A stretch of 63,802 nucleotides of DNA, the filler included, from Guillardia theta CCMP2712 (Eukaryota; Protista; Cryptophyta), in NCBI RefSeq assembly GCF_000315625.1. It is 3 parts of 3 records of this genome, joined end to end, with 100 filler letters (N's around TTAATTAATTAA, not from the genome) between each part and the next. Parts side by side here need not be neighbours in the genome. Positions count along the whole stretch, not along the records: positions 1 to 17,337 come from NW_005434642.1; positions 17,438 to 39,045 come from NW_005434359.1; 1 more part is not named here. One strand, given 5' to 3'. Below are positions 13,098 to 26,100 of this stretch, one piece after another. The notes beneath the pieces are model-generated. The model did no database searches. It was given only the letters and a program-made list of their open reading frames with translations, and had not been told where the DNA came from. The translations under genes were made by a program, and so were the position numbers. Each line of letters opens with the position of its first letter. Position 1 is the stretch's first letter.

Positions 13098-14196
13098 ATG
13101 GACGAGAAGGCGCTTGAAGACCTTCTTGACTCTACTCTTTCGGAGTTCACGGACGAGAGCAACGTCAGTACAAGCTCTTGGAGCACTGAACCATCTGAGA
13201 CGTTGACGGCAGGAGAGCAAGAATCATGGATCGGCGCAGGAGGCTAGCAAGCAGCCCCCATTGCATGGATCGGAAGAGTACAAGCACGCTATTAGAGCAG
13301 AAGTTTGTGGGAAATTCACAGCTCTGATGAGCATATTCCTCTCAGACGTGAGGTTGGAGGAAGACTTCTTGAAAGAGTTCCAGGTCAGCACCTCAAGGTC
13401 TTGTTGTGCATGAAGGTTGATTGGTCCGCAAGGGAATGGCGGACAAGCAGCTAGGGCTCCTGCAACGGGCGTGTGAGGAGGGAAAGTGTACAACTCAAAA
13501 CTTTCAGCAAGGCGAAGATTTGGCTGAGGACGCGCTGTCGAGCGCGGTGAAAGAGACGGTGGAGCTTCTGAAATCAGGGAGTTCGGGCTCGGCTGAGATG
13601 AACGAGCAAGAAATTTTGCAGAAGTTCACTGAGCAACTGCAAGGGTTTGACAACGATCCGAACATGCAGGTAGCTGTGACTTGACAGTGATGTGTGAGGA
13701 TCTTGACGTGTGAGGGGAAGGGGGTGATGGAAGGGATGATGCAGCAGCTTCTCTCCAAGGAATTCTTGTACGAGCCATTGCAGGAGATCGCAGCGAAGTA
13801 CCCTGATTGGCTAGCCAAGAACAAGGGCGTCATTCCTACCGAGGTCCCTTGCGAAGCTCCTCGGGAGTTGTTCACCCTGGGCCTGCAGGAGTACGAGAAA
13901 TATTCGGAGCAGTTTGGGATTATACAGGAGATCTGTCGATGTTATGACGCTGAGCCGGAGAATGTAGAGAAAATTGTTGAGTTGATGCAGAAGATGCAGA
14001 GATGCGGTCAGCCCCCTTCGGAAATTGTTAAAGTCTGTCTTGCTTGCTTCCTTGTACTCCTCTGACCCTGTCGCAGGAGATAGGAGGAGATCTGGAGTTG
14101 GACGAGAACGGGCTTCCCCGTGGGCTGGCAGGTTGGAGAAGAGGAGGAGGGATGTTGTGTGAAGCTGTTACAGGGACGGACTGCAATATCATGTGA
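13098..14196 (+). CDS. PEX19: Peroxin 19 (peroxisomal membrane protein chaperone/receptor)
   Basis: N-terminal ALEDLLDSTLSEF. Core MMQQLLSKEFLYEPLQEIAAKYPDWL...IVELMQKMQRCGQPPSEIV. C-terminal CaaX CNIM* at 14196. GT-AG introns. Confidence 0.93.
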
Positions 14197-14258
14197 AGTC
14201 TGCAAGTTGAGATTGAAACATCTACACCATTCGTTGTCTAGAACAGAGAGCAGGACGG

Positions 14259-14262
<4 letters not shown>

Positions 14263-14318
<56 letters not shown>
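14263..14318. repeat. (AG)n microsatellite
   Basis: Read directly; between convergent genes. Confidence 0.95.
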
Positions 14319-14320
<2 letters not shown>

Positions 14321-14414
14321 CAGCGAGAGAAGGCAGAGACGAGGGAATTGTGCAGGGAGGAGATGAGTTGGGGGAAGGGAAGGGAGCCGGGAGGCTACGA
14401 GGTGTCGGTTTGGT

Positions 14415-17337
14415 TCAGGCCGGACGGATCTCGAAGCTGCTGTCGTGAAGGACATCAAAGCAGTAGGAGATGGCCGTCAGCGCCTTTGGATGACTCTCAC
14501 TGCTCACAAGCTGCTCAGTAGAGTCAGTCCCAGCGCCTCCAGCACGAAGTCAGCTACTCTCCTCCTTGGCATGTCGAGCCACAAGATCCGCCAGCCTGCC
14601 CTGCCCTCCGAGCTTCTTGTTCTGTGCCATCTGGAAGGCGGCCTTGTAAGAGCGGGAGGAAGGGGAGGGGGGGCAGCACCTGGAAGCGGGAGAGGGCGTT
14701 ATCCCTCTCAAGAGCGAGGAGGAGGCAGCGACCGCGGCGAAAAGATTCGTCGGCTCCCCTGCCGCAGCCAATCAGCTTCTATCGAGGAGTGTGCGCGTGC
14801 GTGTAGCCGGGGGCGGGAGGAAGTACCTGTGGCTAAGAGCACCGGCAAGCTCGATGCTCTGCTTGGTGGAGAGAGTGGTGAGGCGGAGGTTGCAGACCTT
14901 GAAGTCCTCGAGGACGAGGTCCTCCAGGATCGCGATGTAGTCGTCGTCTGCCCTCCCGTCATCTCCTCCCTCCCCAACCCCTCCCTCCCTCCTCCAGCGC
15001 CTCGCACTTACCAGCGATCACGTCCTCGCAGAAGCACAGGAAGAGCATTTCCTTCAACGTACGCTGATCGCCCTGCCCGCAGGCCCTTCACCACCACCAC
15101 CTCCTCCTCCTCCTCCTCGTCCTCCTCCCCCTCCTCCTCTTCCTCCTCCTCCTCCTCCTCGCGTCCTTCACCTTGTGCACGACACGTCGTCTGTGAGCTC
15201 CACAGACTTCGTCGTTCTTGCTGGGATGATCGACATGCAACTGAAAAACTGGTGAGGGAGAAGGGAGAGTCAAGGACAGGAGGAGGAGGAGGAGGAGGAG
15301 GAGGAGGAGATCATAGAGCCGAACAAGGAGGCTACCTCAGGAAAGATCGATCTGATCTCCTCCTGCGCAGACAGGAAGGAACGCGAGGCATGGAGGCCGT
15401 TTGCTGTAGCAGAGAGTCCAAACATAGCCCTGATAAGACGAGGAAAGTTTGAGAATCTCGCTCCTCCTTGATACATCCTCCTCTCCGTTCTCCTTCTTCC
15501 TCTTGCTCTCTACTTTCTCCAGCTTTCAATCCCTCGCTTTTCTCCTCTCAATAAAATTGCAAAATGTGCCTCTCTCCTTCCCTCTCTCTCCTACCCTCTC
15601 CTCTCCTAACTCCTCACCCTACCCCTCCTCTCCTCTCCTCTCCTCTCCTCTCCTCTCCTCTCCTCTCCTCTCCTCTCCTCTCCTCTCCTCTCTTACCTGA
15701 GAGCAAACTCGTCCCTTCTCCGAGCAAGCGAGGGGTCTTCATCACCGCACAATTTGAGGAGGACAGCAACCGCTGCTGGAGCGTCACGAGCAGGGAAGCA
15801 TAGGTGGGTGGAGAAAAAGGAGTGCAGACAGGACGAGGAGGAAACAGGAGGAAGAGGAGGAAACAGGAGGAAGAGGAGGAGGAAGAGGAGGAGGAAAGAG
15901 AAAGAGGTTGAGGAGGAGCACAGAAAGAGACCGTTCGTTCGCTCCAGCGCGAGAGCGATACAAGATTGTCCAAGGAGCATGCTGTTGGAATGATTTTCAC
16001 CTGACAGGGGGGATGAGAGAGCCAACGAGCTACGAGGAGCAGAAGAATGGAAGGCTGTCACCATCGTGCCTTGCGATACAGTGTGTTTGTTCTTGACTCA
16101 TGCTCAACTTCTTTAAGCCGATGACGCTGAGCTCTGCCTTGCGCATGTACTACGGCAACATGTGAGATGAGCAAAATAGAAGAACAACCGTGCAGGTGAA
16201 AGCAAATGAAACATGATTATGATCAGATCTCGGGATGTGTGAGTAAGAAAGGGAGGAATGAAACTCGAGATGCTGATCAACATCAACACAGCACCTCACT
16301 TCATCATCTCATCTCCCATAACACCATCGCATTCCTCATGACATCATCACAACCTTGAGGATCTTGTGTAGCTGCATGGTAGCCTCCGGCTTGATAATCG
16401 CTAGTGTGAGGATCTTGCTCGAGACGTTTGAAAGATCCTTCAAACTGTCCAGCACGTTGTCGCAGCTCTGCGCGCATCTCAATGAGCAACACGTGGAAGA
16501 CAAACGAGAGATGCCGGGGGGGGCAGGAGCGAATCTTTGCCATGGACGCCATCGGGCCAGTTGAGGTCGCCGTCCAGGAAGAGACAAGACAGCTGACGGA
16601 GAGTCTGCAGCAGAAGCATCACAAGCTGGTCACGCTCCTCCCATCGCCCCTCACGTGCTTCATGTCCTGGGATGCCAACAAGGCACACCTGACGCCGTCA
16701 ACGGCAAAACTGAGGGCGGCGGGTCAGACGTGACATTCAAGAGGTCAGACGGGGATCGACCGATCGCGCAAGCTTGGCTCCCTCTGCGGTAAAAGTGAGG
16801 AAGGAGAAGAAAATTTCTCTTGCTGTCACCTCGTCTCTCCCTTTGCTCTTCGTCTCATCACTCCCGATCAGCCGACGATAATGATTGAAGCCATCGATAC
16901 GCTGCACCGCCAAGGCTGGAAAGCGATCAGGAGGAGGGGGAGGAGAAGACAAGACATGAGGAGGACGTCGAGACGAAGAAACCGCTGGGATGATGAGGAG
17001 GAGAACTAGGAGACAGAAGGAGATGAGTGGGGGTGGGGGGGTGGAAGGAGGAGGATGAGGGAGGTGGTGGGAGAGGAAAGCTACTCACCGATCACCGGTC
17101 CTTCCTGAATGAAGTCCATAAATTCATCACGAAGGAAATGACCGCGGGCATACGGACAGATCTAGTAGAAGTCAGGTGGAGCACTGGGAAGGACCAGCTG
17201 ACCTCCTGTGCTGCATGCTCCGGGATCCACCTGAGAAGCTTCATGCCCAGCACAACGACGGAGGAGGAGGAGGAGGAGGAGGAGGAGCGTAGGGCGATCG
17301 GACGAGTGCGCTGAGACGCTCTCCGTAGCGTCGCAGT
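14415..17337 (-). CDS. Multi-NDK-domain protein (DNAAF8/NME7-like architecture), 5'-partial
   Basis: Spliced motifs VVLGMKLLRW...FIQEGPVIALAVQRIDGF, TLAIIKPEA, LCGDEDPSLARRRDEFALRAMFGLSATANGLHASRSFLSAQEEIRSIFPE (NDK His motif) and GRCLLLALERDNALSRFQ. The frame stays open into the gap at 17338. Confidence 0.8.
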
Positions 17338-17437
17338 NNNNNNNNNNNNNNNNNNNNNNNNNNNNNNNNNNNNNNNNNNNNTTAATTAATTAANNNNNNN
17401 NNNNNNNNNNNNNNNNNNNNNNNNNNNNNNNNNNNNN
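17338..17437. other. Assembly gap with TTAATTAATTAA linker
   Basis: N-run with a central six-frame-stop linker; the same structure occurs at 39046-39145. Plain N-gaps at 27953-28051 and 54259-54358. Confidence 0.95.
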
Positions 17438-20400
17438 GCTCCCGCTTGAACCTCGCAAACTCTAGCAGGTCGGGGTGCGCGGCGAGGTACTGCGAGGAAG
17501 GCCAGCGGTGGTATTTCTCAAGCACCAGGTGGACAGAGAGGTCAAAGCGACGAATCTGTGACTGGACCCGCGGGAGCACAGTACAGGATTTACTGGCAGA
17601 AGGTAAAAAGTGCCTCAAGCAAAAGCCTACAGGAGTTACTGGCAGAAGGTAAAAAGTGCCTCAAGCAAAACAAAGCAGGAACAAGCTAAACCTCCAACAA
17701 CAAAGCAGGAACAAGCTGAACCTCCAGGCACACAGTCCACAGCGAGAAGCTGCACAATCACACACAAAACACAAGCCCGAAAAGAACCAGCACTGCTGGC
17801 ACCCAGACGCGGCATCGCCAGCCCAAGCGCGAAGCCGCGCAGACAAGCAGCCTAAGGGTCAAGCAATCAAGCAACAAGCAGCAGGAGCATGCAGGAGGAA
17901 GAAAATCCCTTAGACGCGATACCCGGAGGCAGCCGACTGACCACTGTCAGTCGAGACGTCCGCTGCCGCCACAAAGCGGGCGGCCGCGGACGGAGAAAGG
18001 GCAGCCGCCGACAAGGAGCCGGCGTTGCCCGGGGGTCCGCCTGGGGCAGCGGACGGAGGGAGGCTGGACACAGGAACACGGTACCGCTCGAGGTAGTCCT
18101 CCTCGCTAGCCTCCGAGTCAGCGGTAGCCGAGTCAGTGGTAGCCGCCCGTGACGGCGGCGACGCCGCGGCAATGCCCAAGGACCGGCGTGACCCGACCGA
18201 TGCCGGGGAGGAAGCAGGCGAGCTCGGACCAGCAGCAAGCACCCCAGTGGTGTCGAGCTCTCCGGAGGCACCCGACGTCACAGTGAGGGACGGAGACGCC
18301 TCGCCAGCTCCGCGCCGATCGTCGGCGCCACTCCACGTGTTTCCCCCATCGGAGTCGGAGACCTCCGGCGAAGACTCCTCGGGCGACTCGACAAAGTCCG
18401 AGGAGGAGCTGTCCTCTGGCTCGAGAAGTGCTTGCGCCCGCAAGGGCGTCATGCGCCTCGCCGGTCTGGCACCAGACAAGAGCGCGGGAGAAACGAAGAA
18501 GACCCCTGGAGGAAGAAGCGCAGCTTCTGGAGATGGCTCGCCCTCACCAGCGTCTTGAACATGAAGCCATGCTGTAATAGATTTACTGGCAGAAGGTAAA
18601 AAGTGCCTCAAGCAAAACAAAGCAGGAACATGCTAAACCTCCAGGCACACAGCGCACAGCGAGAAGCTGCACAATCACGAACCAGCACTGCTGGCACCCA
18701 GACGCGGCATCGCCAGCCCAAGCGCGAAGCCGCGCAGACAAGCAGCCTAAGGGTCAAGCAATCAAGCAACAAGCAGCAGGAGCATGCAGGAGGAAGAAAA
18801 TCCCTTAGACGCGATACCCGGGGGCAGCCGACTGACCACTGTCAGTCGAGACGTCCGCTGCCGCCACAAAGCGGGCGGCCGCGGACGGAGAAAGGGCAGC
18901 CGCCGACCGTAGGAGCCGGCGTTGCCCGGGGGTCCGCCTGGGGCAGCGGACGTAGGGACTTCTGAGGGAGGCTGGACACAGGAACACGGTACCGCTCGAG
19001 GTAGTCCTCCTCGCTAGCCTCCGAGTCAGCGGTAGCCGAGTCAGCGGTAGCCGCCCGTGACGGCGGCGACGCCGCGGCAATGCCCAAGGACCGGCGTGAC
19101 CCGACCGATGCCGGGGAGGAAGCAGGCGAGCTCGGACCAGCAGCAAGCACCCCAGTGGTGTCGAGCTCTCCGGAGGCACCCGACGTCACAGTGAGGGACG
19201 GAGACGCCTCGCCAGCTCCGCGCCGATCGTCGGCGCCACTCGACGTGTTTCCCCCATCGGAGTCGGAGACCTCCGGCGAAGACTCCCCCTCGGGCGACTC
19301 GACAAAGTCCGAGGAGGAGCTGTCCTCTGGCTCGAGAAGTGCTTGCGCCCGCAAGGGCGTCATGCGCCTCGCCCCAGACAAGAGCGCCTCCAGCGTCAGC
19401 TGCATAGTGAGGCGCTGATAGGTGGCGGCGCGTTTGCGAGCCAAGACCTCAGCAGCAGGGCCGTCATCAGGCACGAAGTGCCGACCAAACGCCGCATCCT
19501 CAAGAGGCATCGAGTGCTGAGCATTGATGTCCGCGAGATACCAGATGAAGCGGAGGGTGTCAGGATGCAGGGTACCGTCCGTCGAGATGGCAAGAGGGAT
19601 GAACGCTCGAGGAGGAGTAGTCATAGCATATGCAGCGCGATGTTTGCGAATCTTCTCAGACGCTGCAACATGGAGGGCGTCGAGGTTGACCTCCCCCCAC
19701 TTGGTCAGGTCGGCAGAGCTACCAATGTAAGGGTGGACCAACGTCACGTCCGCCATCAAGCCCTCGTACTGCTCGGACCCTCGATCGCGGATTCCAGGGA
19801 TGTGGATATCGCCCTTCATCTTGCGGCCATGAGGATGGGAGGGTACCTGCCGTCGAGAACGAGGATCCCCGACTGTATCGATGACGCTCTGAAGACCAGC
19901 TTCGTTCAGCATCGACCGAATCGTACGAGTAAGGTTGTCATGCGCCGTGGGAAGCTTGGAGGATCGGCGTTTGCAGGTCTGGAGATGATGTGCAGCAACG
20001 GAGGGATCGAGTGCGCGCTGACATCCATCACATTCCGTCGGACACTGGCAGATCGGCATGCCATGGAGATAGCAGTCGAGCATCTGAGCATAGCGGTGCG
20101 GGAAGGCCTTGAGGGGGTTGTAGCTCGAGACTCGCATCGGAGAGTGGCTCAGGTCACGCTCAGGAAAATGAGCAAAGATGGTAGACTGCAAGACCCTATC
20201 CTGCGACTCACGCTGCTGATCGGTCAGCGCAGCGCGAGCATGCACATGGCGAGGGAAGACGCGCATGACAAGAGGGGTCACATTTCGCTGCGCAGGGGGA
20301 GGAATGAAGTGCTCATGAGACGAGTCGACGAGAGCGCGCAAACCAGGGATGTGTACCACAGATGCCGGGGGGCGTCCTGCGTCATCAGTAAATCCACTAT

Positions 20401-22380
20401 TAGACTTGATCAGGCACAGCAGCCGGGGCAGGTGGGATCGCGGCCGCGCCATCTGCAGCCGGTGCAGGAGCCCTCACACGACGGTAGAGGATCGCTCCAG
20501 CATTATGAACGAAGTCGTGCGCCTCAACGAAGAAGGTCGCCAGAGGATGCTTCTGGGCACGGAGAGATCTCGAGCAGTGAACGTCCAGGCTATGAGGAGA
20601 GGGCAGCGTCCGGGACATGGGCTGGTCAGAGTACCAAGCGAGGAAGCGAGCGATAGCCGTATAGTAAACAGCGGGGTGTAGACCCTCAGAGGGCGTGAAC
20701 TCGTCCCCTCCCCGACTATGCGGAAGCAGCGGTGGTATTTCTCAAGCGCCAGGTGGACAGAGAGGTCAAAGCGACGAATCTGTGACTGGACCCGCGGGAG
20801 AAACGGAGAAGACCCCTGGAGGAAGAAGCGGAGCTTCTGGAGATGGCTCGCCCTCACCAGCGTCTTGAACATGAAGCCATGCTGGACGAGCCCGAGCTTC
20901 GAGAGCTCTTCGTTGAGGGTAGAAACCTTCGCTCGGAGCTGACTAGCATGAAATCCATCCGTGCCGATAGGCAGGCCGCCAAGTGTAATCCCGCCAGTGA
21001 CGACCTCGAAGTGAAGAAGTTGAGTCTTGAGACGGCGCTTAAGGCTCTTCTTCAGCTGCGAGAGATCAGGGTGTTGATGCCAGGAGGGGATGTAAACTTT
21101 CGACTCGCGAGGTTGAATGTCTAGCTTCAGATCAGCCAACATGTACTTCTTCATAGCGGACGTAGCTGCAACGGCATCCTCGAGTGGACCGACAAGTACG
21201 ACGTTGTCAGCATAGGCCAAGACTCGAACAGAGGGAAAAGCTCTGCGATATGGAGGAGCAGGGGGTGGATACTGTGGCAGAAAAATACGCTGGAGGGGAC
21301 ATCGACTCGACAAAGTCCGAGGAGGAGCTGTCCTCTGGCCGCGCCTGTTGCTTGGCCCTTCCTGCTTGTCTGCGCGGCTTCGCGCGTAGGCTGGCGGTGC
21401 CGGGTCTGCTGACAGTTGCCAGCAGTGCTGTGTGTGTTTGTGCAGCTTCTCGCTGTGCGCTGTGCGCGTCCGCCGCCGCACTGCAGAGCGGCATAGTAGT
21501 CCGATTTACTGGCAGAAGGTAAAAAGTGCCTCAAGCAAAACAAAGCAGGAACATGCTAAACCTCCAGGCACACAGCGCACAGCGAGAAGCTGCGCGAAGC
21601 CGCGCAGACAAGCAGCCTAAGGGTCAAGCAATCAAGCAACAAGCAGCAGGAGCATGCAGGAGGAAGAAAATCCCTTAGACGCGATACCCGGAGGCAGCCG
21701 ACTGACCACTGTCAGTCGAGACGTCCGCTGCCGCCACAAAGCGGGCGGCCGCGGACGGAGAAAGGGCAGCCGCCGACAAGGAGCCGGCGCTGCCCGGGGG
21801 TCCGCCTGGGGCAGCGGACGGAGGGAGGCTGGACACAGGAACACGGTACCGCTCGAGGTAGTCCTCCTCGCTAGCCTCCGAGTCAGCGGTAGCCGAGACC
21901 AACACTAGCCGCCCGTCACGGACGGCCGCCGGGCGGCGACGCCGCGGCAATGCCCAAGGACCGGCGTGACCCGACCGATGCCGGGGAGGAAGCAGGCGAG
22001 CTCGGACCAGCAGCAAGCACCCCAGTGGTGTCGAGCTCTCCGGAGGCACCCGACGTCACAGTGAGGGACGGAGATCGTCGGCTCCACTCTGGATGTTTCC
22101 CCCATCGGAGTCGGAGACCTCCGGCGAAGACTCCCCCTCGGGCGACTCGACAAAGTCCGAGGAGGAGCTGTCCTCTGGCTCGAGAAGTGCTTGCGCCCGC
22201 AAGGGCGTCATGCGCCTCGCACCAGCTGCATAGTGAGGCGCTGATAGGTGGCGGCGCGTTTGCGAGCCAAGACCTCAGCAGCCGCAGGGCCGTCATCAGC
22301 GGCCGCCTGGACAGCCGCCGACGGCTTGAAGGAGCCGGCGCTGATCTGGTGGCATTTGGTCGGCACTTCATTCCTGATGA
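17438..22380 (-). mobile_element. Cluster of co-oriented, 5'-truncated and nested non-LTR retrotransposon copies (REL-endonuclease, CRE/R2 group)
   Basis: The 3' terminus (plus strand TTACTGGCAGAAGGTAAAAAGTGCCTCAAGCAAAA) recurs at ~17587, 17636, 18580 and 21503. An ~0.85-kb 3' block occurs three times. RT and REL coding remnants are present. 8-bp duplication CGCGGGAG at 17569-17576 and 18483-18490. Confidence 0.9.
18805..21303 (-). pseudogene. Retrotransposon ORF remnant: RT C-half, CCHC zinc knuckle, restriction-like endonuclease, acidic tail
   Basis: PSSVFFCHSIHPLLLHIAELF / PSVRVLAYADNVVLVGP...LKLDIQPRESKVY...TLGGLPIG (RT). CDGC-x10-HHLQTC, AHD, GDI, ADVT, EKIRKH, FIPLAISTDG (REL). Lesions: frameshift at ~21235, in-frame TGA at 20474-20476, deletion at ~20727, indels at ~18905-18965. 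Confidence 0.88.
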
Positions 22381-22589
22381 TCGGCGGCCACAGTTTGCTT
22401 ACCAGCTCCACCGTCGAAGAAGTTCCGAAGTTCACTGAAAGTTCGATCCGACATAGTCCAATGTTTACCAAACTTGAAACAACGTAACAGCCAGCGGCCG
22501 ATTCGAAACCTTACCTAGGCTCTTCAACGGTGCCATACTACTAGGCTAGTTGACGTGATCCTGGACCGGAAGTTATTTCGAGCCTCGTA

Positions 22590-23000
22590 ACGCGGCATCC
22601 GATACGGTCCGACGGTCCCGGCGACTCAGCAGCGACGGCAACTGCGGCATGCGGCCACTCAGACCGTGCGGTGTCCGTCACTCCAACTCAGTGCCAGGCT
22701 GGGCCCGGGGATCCCGGCCGCCGGGCGACGGTCCGCCGAGGGCGCGACGGTCACCGGGTGCGGCGGCGCCGGCCGGGGCCGGGCCGCCCGGCGGATCGGA
22801 TCGACCCCCGGATGATCCGGCGGCAGGACTGGATCATCACACGAGTCATGTCATGATTACCCGCCGGTAGTACGGTAAACGCGACCGCCGACCCCAGGGG
22901 CACTGCGGCACTCAGTGCCAGCTCCTCGTCGGCAGCTGCTCACCCTTGCGGCCGGGCCCCGGCCCCGGCCCGGCGGGCCCTTCTGGCCGGGGCCCGTTTA
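22590..23000. other. GC-rich CCGG/GGCC/GATC island next to the retroelement cluster
   Basis: Same word usage as the other islands (CCGGGCC, CGGATC, TACGGT, CAGTGCCA). Confidence 0.7.
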
Positions 23001-23326
23001 GTTCACTGGATTAGTTTAGTTAACCGGTCATCACCATTGGGGTCCCAAAATCTTTTACGTGATTACTCCACCCCACCCCAAGTGGAGGGATGTAACTTTT
23101 ACCATCACCCACCACATGACCTGAGAAATCTCCTAAATTACCGGGTCATCGTCCATAATCTTCCTACCCCACCCCTTCTTTTGAACCCCATGGTTTTCTT
23201 GCTTTGTCTTGTAGGCCCCAGGTCACCCACCCACCCCTAGTCAGTCTGCTAGGAGATAGGGGTAGGTGAACTGTTGGTACCAAGTGCAAGAATATCCTGC
23301 CAAGGCTCCCCCTGCCCTGCCCTGAC

Positions 23327-23329
<3 letters not shown>

Positions 23330-23389
<60 letters not shown>

Positions 23390-23423
23390 GCTCCTGCTCC
23401 TGCTCCTGCTGCTCCTGCTCCTG

Positions 23424-23464
<41 letters not shown>

Positions 23465-23505
23465 GCTCCTGCTGCTCCCCCTGCTCCCCCTGCTCCTCCT
23501 GCTCC
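23330..23505. repeat. (CTGCTC)n hexanucleotide microsatellite
   Basis: Read directly. The same unit occurs in an intron at ~44108-44226 and at ~50557-50700. Confidence 0.9.
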
Positions 23506-23783
23506 CTCCCCTTGAACCTCCTCCTCTCAACCTCTTCTGTCTCCTATCCTTCCCCTGGACTCTACTCCCCTCCTTCCTCCCAAGTCGCCTCGCCCCTCTC
23601 CTTCTCTTGAGCTTCTTGGCTTCCTTCCTCATACTCCTTCACTTGCCTCTTGTTGTCCCCCCCCTCCCCCCCTCGCTCCTTCCCCTCCCTCCACAGTATC
23701 TCTGCTCGCTTATCTCGGGGTTGCTTCCTGCCCTTGGCGTGTCAATGAGCCTGTGAGTTGCACTCATCGCACGAGCTCGCGCC

Positions 23784-26088
<2,305 letters not shown>

Positions 26089-26100
<12 letters not shown>

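Noticed and set aside
14445-15452. 335-aa plus-strand ORF
   Set aside because: It is antisense to the spliced NDK-domain gene and low in complexity.
17382-17393. Palindromic TTAATTAATTAA, repeated at 39090-39101
   Set aside because: It sits in the centre of N-runs and gives stops in all frames, so it is an assembly linker rather than biology.
18580-18630. Spliced-leader RNA or U5-like gene at the repeat end (GAAG|GTAAAA; CTTTTTAC on the minus strand)
   Set aside because: It was tempting because CRE elements target SL genes. However, there is no Sm-type U-rich site downstream on the plus strand and no U5 stem context. Comparison with the organism's SL sequence would settle it.
19343-20656. 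437-aa plus-strand ORF
   Set aside because: It is the antisense shadow of the GC-rich retroelement ORF and has no recognisable motifs.
22374-22445. Hammerhead ribozyme (CTGATGA followed by a possible stem)
   Set aside because: No correctly placed GAAA or stems I and III. The CTGATGA is explained by the inverted coding fragment.
21497-22459. TAGTCC as a TSD for the last retroelement copy (21497-21502 and 22454-22459)
   Set aside because: It is only 6 bp and lies ~70 nt beyond recognisable element sequence, so it could be chance.
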